Part shown: positions 35,424-44,100 of the stretch, piece after piece | Position numbering within the stretch: position 1 is the stretch's first letter | Layout of the letters: each line of letters starts with the position of its first letter | IMG/VR virus record: IMGVR_UViG_3300036401_000331 | Coordinates: 2,650 to 66,649 of that record | Source: a virus | Length of the DNA stretch: 64,000 nt | Direction: 5' to 3' (one strand) | Translations under genes and position numbers: made by a program | Notes under the pieces: model-generated | Databases searched by the model: none | What the model was told of the DNA's origin: nothing | Seen by the model: only the letters and a program-made list of their open reading frames with translations

Positions 35424-35764
35424 AGATCGTCAACGCCAACATCGTCGACCTCGACGGCAAGGTCATCAAGGCCGGCACCGAGGGCTTGGGCAACTCGCTC
35501 GATCTGACCGTCGCCGTGGTGCTGGTCAACTGCGCGCTCGCCCCGGTTCCGCAGACCCAGCAGGGTGCCGCGCCGGCCCGCAAGCAGACCGACATCGCGT
35601 GGCGCTACGATCTCGCACTGGCCGTCCACAAGGCCAAGATCGGCGACGAGATCGAACTCACGCCCGAGCAGGTGGTGGCGCTCAAGGACGACCTGCTGCG
35701 GCTCTACACGCCCATCGTATGCGGCCAGATGCTGATCGTGCTCGACGGCAAGACGGTGAACTGA
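35420..35764 (+). CDS. Hypothetical protein
   Basis: Coupled ORF, AAGGAG RBS. Confidence 0.65.
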   Translation: MKIVNANIVDLDGKVIKAGTEGLGNSLDLTVAVVLVNCALAPVPQTQQGAAPARKQTDIAWRYDLALAVHKAKIGDEIELTPEQVVALKDDLLRLYTPIVCGQMLIVLDGKTVN

Positions 35765-36174
35765 TGCACGTCAAGATACTGGAGATCAGGGACTCGGCGA
35801 CCTTCATCGCGGTGATCGCCATCGACATGAACCCTGACCGCGACACCATCGAGTTGAAGTCGGTCAAGCCGACCGACCGCGTGCGCGAGCGCGCCTTCCG
35901 CTACTTGACGCAGGGCTACTACCTGCGCCGGGAGGGCTACCCGTGCGACGGCAAGCCCAACATCGCCATCAGCCCGCTCGGCGCGAACGGCCGGCCGTTC
36001 ACCAACGACCCGCTGTTCTGGCAGCCCGAGAAGATCGGCCGCACCATGCGCATCGCCCACGACTACATCATCGACCACTGGGCCGATCTCAGTGACGGCG
36101 ACGTGGTCGACGTCGAGTTCATCCTCGGCGAGACCAGCGAGCCCAAGGTCGCCGAGCGCCTGCTGCACGCATGA
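35764..36174 (+). CDS. Conserved phage protein (EIRD.ATFI...DGDVVDVEFILGE family)
   Basis: Recognisable motif. Confidence 0.7.
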   Translation: MHVKILEIRDSATFIAVIAIDMNPDRDTIELKSVKPTDRVRERAFRYLTQGYYLRREGYPCDGKPNIAISPLGANGRPFTNDPLFWQPEKIGRTMRIAHDYIIDHWADLSDGDVVDVEFILGETSEPKVAERLLHA

Positions 36175-36311
36175 ACGCCTCGTCGGTCGATGTTCTCACC
36201 TTCGCGCTGCTGATCATGCTCGCCGCCGTGGCACTGCTGGTCGTGCTGAGCGTCGGCGCGACGTTCTGGCAACTCTACAGGGACCGCAAGGATCGAAGGG
36301 ACAACCCATGA
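36171..36311 (+). CDS. Small single-TM protein
   Basis: ATGA-coupled, hydrophobic. Confidence 0.5.
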   Translation: MNASSVDVLTFALLIMLAAVALLVVLSVGATFWQLYRDRKDRRDNP

Positions 36312-36550
36312 TCAAGATGACCGGAACCGGGCCGAAGGGCAGACCCATGCTGATCATCGGCTTGAGCGAGGGCAATCTCGGCCGGCTGCGCGAAGGCAAG
36401 CCGGCGATCATCCACGGCGAGGAATGGGGGCAGGCCTTCGACCTCACGATCTTCTGGGGCGAGACCGAGGATGCCATGACCAAGATGGTGGCACCCTTCA
36501 TTGGCCCCCAGACCCGCGTGCGCGACAGTCGTCGCGACAGGAAGAACTGA
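36308..36550 (+). CDS. Hypothetical protein
   Basis: IGLSEGNLGRLREGKP motif. Confidence 0.65.
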   Translation: MIKMTGTGPKGRPMLIIGLSEGNLGRLREGKPAIIHGEEWGQAFDLTIFWGETEDAMTKMVAPFIGPQTRVRDSRRDRKN

Positions 36551-36653
36551 TGGCCCGGATCGCCGCCTGCGTGGCGCTCGCCATGGCGCTCGGTGTCGCC
36601 GTCGGGCTGGCCTACGTGCTGACCGTCGCCGCCATCATGGAGCGCCCGCCGTG

Positions 36654-36908
36654 GTGAAGCTGACCGACATCGCGTGGTCGCAGCGCACCATGGCCAGCCT
36701 GCAGGATGGCGGTGTCTGGGGCGTGCCGCGCTCGGCGCTGATCTTCACCAAGCGGGGCAACGCGCTGGTGCTGACCGCCGCCATGCCGCACCACGACGCC
36801 CTGCCGATGGACGCCGACGACTGGAAGGAGTTTCAGGACGATGACTTCGCCGCCATCAAGCTCGTCTTCGAGGCCGCCGGGTTCGAGGTCACCGATGCCC
36901 GGCCCTGA
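36654..36908 (+). CDS. Hypothetical protein
   Basis: DGGVWGVPRS motif; coupled ORF. Confidence 0.6.
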   Translation: MKLTDIAWSQRTMASLQDGGVWGVPRSALIFTKRGNALVLTAAMPHHDALPMDADDWKEFQDDDFAAIKLVFEAAGFEVTDARP

Positions 36909-37137
36909 CTGGTACGGACGCCGCGCGCCGCCGGCTATCCCGCGCCGCACCGACCTGCTGCTGGCCGGCGGGTCGGTCGATGGCGGCTGGCTCAGCAGCC
37001 CGGTCGAAAACCCCATCGGCGAGCCTGCCCGGACCCCGATCTGGGCCGGATTGGGTAAAACCGCCGCCGGGCTGGCTGCGCTGGCCGCCCTAGCGGCGGG
37101 CGCTTGGTGGCTGGCCCTCCATGGCCCCGGAACCTGA
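36895..37137 (+). CDS. Hypothetical protein with C-terminal TM
   Basis: Last plus-strand ORF of the early region. Confidence 0.45.
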   Translation: MPGPDWYGRRAPPAIPRRTDLLLAGGSVDGGWLSSPVENPIGEPARTPIWAGLGKTAAGLAALAALAAGAWWLALHGPGT

Positions 37138-37155
37138 AGCCCTCTGGCGGGCTCC

Positions 37156-37407
37156 CTAGCGATGCCAGTGGCCGCCGTGGCCGCCCCACCAATGGCCGCC
37201 ACCCCAGCCGCCCAGCCCGAGGTTAATTCCCACAGCAACTGGAGGGTAATAGGCCGGGGCCGCGTAGTAGACCGGGGGCGGCGGGTAGTAGGCTGGCTGG
37301 ATGGGCACGGGGTAGCCGGGCTGGTAGCCGGGCGCGACGGGCTGGACGTAGTAGCCGGGCGCGGGCACCTGACAGAGCGCGAAGGCTAGGATCAAGCAAC
37401 CGATCAT
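37156..37407 (-). CDS. Small exported Pro/Tyr-rich protein with Gly/Trp/His tail
   Basis: Hydrophobic leader; YYPPPPVYYAAPAYYPP; GGWGGGHWWGGHGGHWHR; GAGGAGG RBS. Confidence 0.65.
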   Translation of the reverse strand: MIGCLILAFALCQVPAPGYYVQPVAPGYQPGYPVPIQPAYYPPPPVYYAAPAYYPPVAVGINLGLGGWGGGHWWGGHGGHWHR

Positions 37408-37449
37408 TGGGCAGTCCTCCTCTGGTACGAGGTACGGCTCCGATTGTGG

Positions 37450-37923
37450 TCACGCCGTGGCGACCAGTCCCTCGAAGGTGCCGGCGCGGGTGATGGTCAG
37501 CATCTGGCCGCGCGGCTCGACGCCGGGAGCCGACACCGCGAGATGGACCCACTCGTCGCCCTCGCCGTCAACCCCGCACTCGTAGATCAACTGGTCGATG
37601 CCGAGCGCCTCGATGAAGCGCTCCAGCCGCTGGCAGATTTCATAGGGTGTGCCGAAGTCGGGCGCGACGAAGTCGCAGGCGTCGCCGTACAGGTGCGCCG
37701 AGTTGGCGGCACCGCCGCACTGGGTGTTGAGCGCCGGGCAGCGGTAGCCCGAGGTGATGATGATCGGGCTGTTGCGCAGCAGCAGGCGCACGTCCTCCAT
37801 GGTCTCGCTGAGCCCGGTGAGTTCGTCGATCACTTCGGGCGGCGCGCTGTTGTCGATGCCGCAGGCGGCGGCGGTGTTCGACGCGGTGTACTCCTCCAGC
37901 GTGAAGTGCTCGGTCAGTTGCAT
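37450..37923 (-). CDS. Endolysin, peptidase M15 family
   Basis: LTEHFTLEE, SGYRC..LN..GG..NSAH..G.ACDF, WVHL. Confidence 0.9.
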   Translation of the reverse strand: MQLTEHFTLEEYTASNTAAACGIDNSAPPEVIDELTGLSETMEDVRLLLRNSPIIITSGYRCPALNTQCGGAANSAHLYGDACDFVAPDFGTPYEICQRLERFIEALGIDQLIYECGVDGEGDEWVHLAVSAPGVEPRGQMLTITRAGTFEGLVATA

Positions 37924-37924
37924 G

Positions 37925-38122
37925 TCAGCCTCCGATCAGGTGCCAGACGAAACTCAGGACGCCGAGAACGAACAGCACGGCGCTCGCCTTGCCGAGCAGC
38001 GAGATGGTGTCGTCGCTGGTCGCCGCGCGCGACCACGGCCCCATGCCGAGCACGGTCTCGATGAAGGCGAAGGCCATCAGCAGGAAAGCGACGATCAGGG
38101 CGATGACGGAGAAGTAGATCAT
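37925..38122 (-). CDS. Two-TM holin candidate
   Basis: Two TM helices; directly upstream of the endolysin. Confidence 0.5.
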   Translation of the reverse strand: MIYFSVIALIVAFLLMAFAFIETVLGMGPWSRAATSDDTISLLGKASAVLFVLGVLSFVWHLIGG

Positions 38123-38361
38123 TTGCGGTCCCGCAGGGCTGAGAAGGCAATCGCGGCGGCCAGCGCGGTCGCTAAAAGTTCACCGAGCCGGTCCATCACC
38201 GGGCCGCACGAGACCTTCCCTTCAACGATGGCGGGTGTCCAGTACAGGCACGCGCCAGCGCTCGCCAGCACGACTGCACACTGGACGGCCAGCACGCCCG
38301 CGACCAGCCAGAACGCGCCGCGCAGGGGATCGAACGGGGGCTTGTCCACGACGGTAACCAC
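38119..38361 (-). CDS. Membrane protein, holin/antiholin candidate
   Basis: Two hydrophobic segments; coupled to the next gene. Confidence 0.5.
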   Translation of the reverse strand: MVTVVDKPPFDPLRGAFWLVAGVLAVQCAVVLASAGACLYWTPAIVEGKVSCGPVMDRLGELLATALAAAIAFSALRDRK

Positions 38362-38475
38362 ACGATCATAATTTGGGTGTTGCCAACTGCTGTCAATTCG
38401 GGCTTAGCTCCCGTCCGGTCGCTGGATGTCCAGTGATCTCTACGTGACTAGTCACAATCTAGGGAGACCATCTAC

Positions 38476-38883
38476 ATGAAGAACCTCAAGATCGCCCTGC
38501 TCGCGGGCGTTGCGGTTGCGGCACTGTCCTTCGGGGCGATGGCGCAGCAGCTTACGGTCGGCGTCGGTACGTCCAGCGCGGGCGTGCAGGGTGCGGCTGG
38601 CTCGACCAGCAACAGCCAGTCGGGTGCCATCCTGATCGGCGCGGCCACCGGCTCCACGTCCGGTGCGTCGACCACGACGGGTCTGGCCGCCGGCCAGAAC
38701 ACCATCGGCAACGGCTCCTCGACGAGCATTGCCAACAACACCCAGACGGCCGGTTCGGCCACCACGACCACGAGCGCGGCTATCGGCCTCGCCGCGACGA
38801 CCAACCCGAGCACCGCCTCGGCTGGTTCGACCGGCGCGGGCGCTGGCGCGGGCACGTTCATCACGTTCAAGATCGGACCGTGA
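38476..38883 (+). CDS. Secreted Ser/Thr/Gly/Ala-rich protein
   Basis: Sec signal peptide ending AMA; mature part has a single charged residue; AGGGAG RBS. Confidence 0.8.
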   Translation: MKNLKIALLAGVAVAALSFGAMAQQLTVGVGTSSAGVQGAAGSTSNSQSGAILIGAATGSTSGASTTTGLAAGQNTIGNGSSTSIANNTQTAGSATTTTSAAIGLAATTNPSTASAGSTGAGAGAGTFITFKIGP

Positions 38884-39024
38884 TCTAGGCTTCGCGCGGG
38901 GACAATGCCCCCTGTGTGAAGTTCCCCTTCCGAGGGGAAGGCCCCCGGTGCCCCACGCATCGGGGGCCACCCTCTGGTTTTCAATATCGTGGGTAAACAA
39001 TCGAGAGGTTATCCTATCAATCGC

Positions 39025-39711
39025 ATGAAGAACTCCAAGACTCTGCTCTACGGACTGGCACTCGCAGCGAGCATCGCGCTTGCGCCTCAGTCCTTCGCCC
39101 AGACCGCCAACTCCACGTCGGGTGCCGCGTCTAGCTCGACGGCGGGCTCGCAGTCGGGCTCGAACTCCGGTGCTGCGGCGATCCTCACCACCATCAACAA
39201 CGTGCCGGCCAACACCACTTCCAACAACACGCTGAACGACCGCGTGTCGGGTGGCACCAACAACACGCTGACCACGACCGACCGCAGCACCAGCGATGTC
39301 ACGCTGCGCACCACGCCGACGGTCTACGCGCCGCCAGTTTCTGGCGGTAACCCCTGCACGCTCGCCGTGTCGGGTGGCGTGTCGGTGATCGGCTGGGGTG
39401 CGGCCGCTGGCGGCACCTTCGTCGATCAGGATTGCGCCAATCGCCAGAAGATCGCGATGATCCACAACGCAGGCTACCAGCAGGCGGCTCGCGAACTGAT
39501 GTGCAACGACCGCGACACCTACATGGCGTTCAAGGGCACGCAGACGCCGTGTGCATGGCGCGCTCAGTACGAGCCCAAGGAGGCGGTGCAGCCGCCCATG
39601 GTGCAGGCTCCTCCGCAGCCGGTCGCCCCGCCGCCGCCCGCTGTCGTCCAGCGCAAGGAGTACCCGCGCTGCGACCAGCGTCGTGGTATCGTCGACAACT
39701 GCCGCAGCTAA
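39025..39711 (+). CDS. Secreted protein with S/T/N-rich N-terminus, Cys-containing core and YPRC...DNC tail
   Basis: Signal peptide ending SFA; NPCTLAVSGGVSVIGWGAAAGGTFVDQDC...LMC...TPC. Confidence 0.8.
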   Translation: MKNSKTLLYGLALAASIALAPQSFAQTANSTSGAASSSTAGSQSGSNSGAAAILTTINNVPANTTSNNTLNDRVSGGTNNTLTTTDRSTSDVTLRTTPTVYAPPVSGGNPCTLAVSGGVSVIGWGAAAGGTFVDQDCANRQKIAMIHNAGYQQAARELMCNDRDTYMAFKGTQTPCAWRAQYEPKEAVQPPMVQAPPQPVAPPPPAVVQRKEYPRCDQRRGIVDNCRS

Positions 39712-39815
39712 GCAGCCATTCCGTTGCCGCCTTCCCCAAGGGAAGCAACGGATCGCCCCCGCTCCTTCCCACAGCAACCCACTGGGAGCGGGGGCACCCT
39801 TTTCAGGATCACCAC

Positions 39816-40169
39816 ATGCTCCGCTTCTTTCTGATCGTCATCGGCGGCCTGCTGCTCGGCGCGATCATCGTCCAGATCGCACAAGCCCAGAACCGGGTGC
39901 CGTGCTGGCCCGTGCCAAATGGTGTCAATGCGACGACGCAGTGCGCCAACGGCTACTGGCAGACCATCACGCCCGAGGGCGAGGTCTTCACCGGCAACGG
40001 CCCGACCGATCCCAGCGCCACCGCACGCGGCTCGTCCATCGTCATCAACCCCGCGACCGGCGGGCCATTCGTGGGGGCCGGTCCGACCGTCACGCCACCC
40101 ACCCAAGTGCTGCCGATGCTGGAGCCCTATCAGGCCCAGCAGTACGGTTTTCAACCTCGCCAAGACTAA
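39816..40169 (+). CDS. Secreted hypothetical protein
   Basis: Signal peptide ending AQA; one Cys pair. Confidence 0.7.
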   Translation: MLRFFLIVIGGLLLGAIIVQIAQAQNRVPCWPVPNGVNATTQCANGYWQTITPEGEVFTGNGPTDPSATARGSSIVINPATGGPFVGAGPTVTPPTQVLPMLEPYQAQQYGFQPRQD

Positions 40170-40181
40170 GGAGATACCGTC

Positions 40182-40406
40182 GTGAAACTCATGCTCGCCT
40201 TCGCTCTCGTTGCCCTGCCTGTCGTTGCCATGGCCCAGACCCTGCCGCCGACCGCCACGCCCGGCGTGCCGACCAAGCAGCAGGACATGCTTGTCACGCT
40301 GCCGCAGAAGGACAACACCTTCACCATCGTGAACAAGCCCGCGCCGCAGTCGAACGTCACCACGTTCAGCGTGCCGGTGCCGTCGCTCAATCCACCGAAG
40401 CAGTAA
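40182..40406 (+). CDS. Small secreted protein
   Basis: Signal peptide ending AMA; AAGGAG RBS. Confidence 0.7.
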   Translation: MKLMLAFALVALPVVAMAQTLPPTATPGVPTKQQDMLVTLPQKDNTFTIVNKPAPQSNVTTFSVPVPSLNPPKQ

Positions 40407-40426
40407 CCGAAAAGGGAGAACGTCAC

Positions 40427-40660
40427 ATGAAGAAGTTGCTCACGGCGCTGATCGTTGGCGTTCTCCCGCTCGGCGCGGCCGCGCAGGACCACTCCCGCCA
40501 CGACATCGCGTTCAACTCCATCCGCAACGTCAAGGCGGTGGTCGACACCACGGTCACGACGGTGCAGACCATCGGCTCGTCGCTCACCACCATCGTCGGC
40601 AATGTCGGCGATCCTATTCCCGGCTGCGTCGGCCGGGTTTGCGGAGCACCCAGTCAATGA
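40427..40660 (+). CDS. Small secreted protein
   Basis: MKKLLTALIVGVLPLGAAA; C-terminal CVGRVC. Confidence 0.7.
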   Translation: MKKLLTALIVGVLPLGAAAQDHSRHDIAFNSIRNVKAVVDTTVTTVQTIGSSLTTIVGNVGDPIPGCVGRVCGAPSQ

Positions 40661-40839
40661 TCGCCTGCATCGTCGGCGCGATCCTGTGCAGCCAGTCGGC
40701 TGCCATCCAGATCGACGGGCCGCTCGCCTATGCCCGCTCCCAGCCCGGCGTCGCGTGGAACTACGCGGCCTACTACGCCGTGCCGACCTACCAGTTTCCA
40801 TCGGTGTTCCCGATCACGCTGGTGCGCGGCCACAGTTGA
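40657..40839 (+). CDS. Small possibly secreted protein
   Basis: ATGA-coupled; hydrophobic N-terminus. Confidence 0.5.
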   Translation: MIACIVGAILCSQSAAIQIDGPLAYARSQPGVAWNYAAYYAVPTYQFPSVFPITLVRGHS

Positions 40840-40882
40840 GGGGAACCGACCGCCATTCTCCCCCGGCGGCGGACGTACCAAA

Positions 40883-40919
40883 CGGCGAGGACTTCGTGAG
40901 CCTCGCCGATTTCTTTTTC
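40883..40919 (+). terminator. Rho-independent terminator of the secreted-protein cassette
   Basis: CGGCGAGG-N10-CCTCGCCG followed by ATTTCTTTTT. Confidence 0.75.
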
Positions 40920-41160
40920 AGACCTTGGCTTTCGGCGGCCCGTCCGGCGGCGGCTGCGTCGCCGGCTTGTCGACCTGATTGAGCGGCGGCAGCTTCATCG
41001 GCTCGGCAAGAGACGGTGCCGGGGCCGACTTGTAGCCCTGCGCGTACAGTTGCGCCTTGACGTCGGCGTAGGTGTCGCCGACCTGATCGGCCGGCAGGCG
41101 GCCGAGCGTCACCAAGATGTCGGCGGCTGCCTTGTCGGTGAGGTTGAGCGTGTAGGCCAT
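40918..41160 (-). CDS. Small tail-fibre-associated protein
   Basis: GGAGG RBS; LGRLP..QV pattern typical of small genes after fibres. Confidence 0.65.
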   Translation of the reverse strand: MAYTLNLTDKAAADILVTLGRLPADQVGDTYADVKAQLYAQGYKSAPAPSLAEPMKLPPLNQVDKPATQPPPDGPPKAKV

Positions 41161-41171
41161 CGGTTCCTCCT

Positions 41172-44100
41172 TCAGGTCTTGATGATGTAGTTGAGCACCA
41201 GCGTCGGCTGGACGGTGGAATTGCTGTGGCTGTGATCGCCGACCGCCGGGCCGCCGCCGACAATGCCGTAGATGCCAGCGCCCGGCACGGTGCCCGTGGT
41301 GGCTCCCTGCACACCGACCGCCGCGTTGAGCGCGGCGGCACCTGACAGGCGCAGGCCGCCGACATCGACCATGGCGATCACCCGGCCCCTGAGATCGGGC
41401 ACGTTGAAGTTGGAGCCGCTGCCGCCGTAGGTGTAGGCGATCACCGCGAACAGCGCCGACATCGCACCGCTCGTCGAGTACGACGCGCCGTCGCACATCA
41501 CGTAGCCCGAGGGAGCCGTCGAGCCGGCGTAGGGCGTGATCTGGCCGGGGAACAGCACGCCGCCCGGCGTGCCCGGTGGCCCTTGCGGCCCGGTCGGGCC
41601 GACGCCGATCTCTTGGATCGTCATCACCTCGCGCTGCGCGCCGCCACCAAATCGGTTGCTGCCGTTCGACAGCGCGTAGCTGGTCGTTGTGCCGCCAAAA
41701 CGCAGGGTGAAGGTGTGCGCGCCAGCCGCCAGCACGCCCTGCCAGTAGATACGACCGGGTGACAGAGCGCCGTTGACCGGAATGAAGATCGACGTCTGCG
41801 CGACTGCCGCTGCCACGCCGTCGATGAACAGGCCAACCGCGTTCCAACTATTGGACCCGCCCACCTGAATCTCGGCATCGACTTGGATGGGATGACTGGC
41901 GTCGACAGCAGTGAACGAGCGGCTGAAAAGCTGCGTGCCGTTCGTGATCTGCATGGTGGCGTCGCCGGCCGCCCCGGCGAACAGCGTGGTGTCCGTCACG
42001 ACGGTGCTAACGGTGTCGTAGGTCGGCGCGGCGACAGGTCCGCCGGTTGGTCCCGGCGGTCCCTGCGGGCCGACGATGCCGACGCCGACCTCGGTGATCG
42101 ACATCGAGGACTTCATCGCGCCGCCGCCGACCGGATTGCCGGCGGTCGAATTGAGGTAGCCGTTCGCGGCATTGCCGGCGAAGCGCACGGCGAAGGTGTG
42201 TGCGCCCGCCGCCAGAGTGCCGCGCCAGCGGATGCGCGTCGGCGGCCCGTACCAAGCGGTGTTGAACACCGCGACTTCCTGCGCCACGGCGTTGGTCGCG
42301 CCGTCGATGAACAGCGCGCCAGCCAGCGTCATCGCGCTGCCGCCCGCGCCCAAGTTCAGGATGATGTCGACCTCGATGGGATGGCTGGCGTCGACCGCCG
42401 TGAAGCTGCGGCTGAAGACCTGCTGGCCCATCGTGATCGTCATCACGTTGTTGGCGTTGGCACCGGGGAAGGTGCCGGTGTCGGCGATCAGCGTGCTGCT
42501 CTCGTCGTAGGTCGGCGTGGCCACCGAGGGCGCGACGCTCTTGACCCACGAGGTCGTGGCCACAGTGTTGTCGTTCGACGTGCTGGGCGGTGAGGCGCGC
42601 AGCAGCAGCGTGTCGGCCGTGGTGTAGCGGAACAGTTCGACGCCGCCGTTGTTGAACCATGCGAATTGAGCGGCTGTCGGGTTAGGGGCCTGCGCGCGGA
42701 ACAGCATGCCCCACGTCGCGTCGGCGTAGATCGCGCCGGGCTGCCACTGCCCGCCGCCATAGATCGTGACGCCGCCGAAGTAGCCGTTGGCGTAGCGCAC
42801 CGACGTCGTGCCGATGTTCGAGGTGAGATCGGCGCGCGGGTAAATCCCGCCATTGATCAGGCTGTCGCCGTTGGAAGTGATGTTGACCGAAGTGACGCCG
42901 CCGGGATCGCGCATCGTGATCACCGAGCCGACGACGGAGCCCGAGTTCAGTTCGAGGCAGGCGGCGTGCGCGGCGTTGGCACCCGTCATGTAGAGCCGGC
43001 CGGATGCCTGCGTCGCGGTGCCGATATTGGTATCGGGAAGGCCGACGCCGAGGCCGTTATGGCTGTCGTCGGCAACCGCCGCGACCAGAACGCCGCCACT
43101 GTCCCAGACCTGCAGCTTGGCCGACTGGCTGCCGGTCGCGTTGCCCATGTAGACCTTGCCGCCCTCGAAGCCGGTGACGCCGGCCGGCGCGAAGGTGATC
43201 GCCTTGACGTAGGTGCCGGTGCCGTTGTTCGACAGGAAGTCGTAGACCAGCGAGGTGCCGGTGTGGCGCTGGTTGAGATGCAGGCCCCAGTTGGTCGGAT
43301 CGGGCGACCATTTCCACTCCTGCAGCAGGTCGGCGGTGTTCGACGCGGTGTTGCGCGCAATGTGGATCGGGTAGCTGGTCAGCAGCATCTGCTGCGCGCC
43401 GGAGAGGCGCAGCATCTCGACGGACGCGCCGCCGTAGTTGACGAAAGCTGTCAGGTCCGACTTGCCGCCGCCCGCCAAGTTCGGGCCGACCATGTCGGCG
43501 TTCCAGCCGCCCCAGTAGGCGTAGGCGTTGTTGAGGTCGATGCCCTCGAAGCGCAACTGGCCGAGCGCCGAATCGGCCGGCGGGCCGGGATTGGTCGTCT
43601 GGCCGCTGCGCCACAGCGACATGATTGCCGGGCCATAGGCGGTGTCGGACAGGGTCTGGGCGCGCACCAGCCCGCCCGTGCTCGGGCTGCCGGTGCCGTA
43701 GCCGTAGGATGCGATGAAGCCGGTGACGCCGAGATTGCTGCTGAGATTGACTTGGCCGTAGAACTGGGCAGTGCCGGTGACGGCGAAAGTGCCGATCACT
43801 TGCAGGTTGCTGCTGAAGTAGCCGGTGCCGGCCGTGATCCCGGCGTCGACCATCGGCCCGGTGCCACCCGGCCAGTGCTGGAAGTGGAAGCCCGCCCCGT
43901 AGCGCTCAACGAGGTTCACCTCGCCGGCCCCGTTGGAGTAGTTCCAGCCGACCGCCATGCCGCTCGACCAGTCGGTGCGCGGATTGTTCAGGCCGATGTT
44001 CGAGGTGAAGTAGCTCCACTGCTCGCCGAACACGTTGCCGGCCGTCATCGGGCTCGCACCGACCGACATCTCGACATGGCCGCTGTTCAGCCCGATCCGC

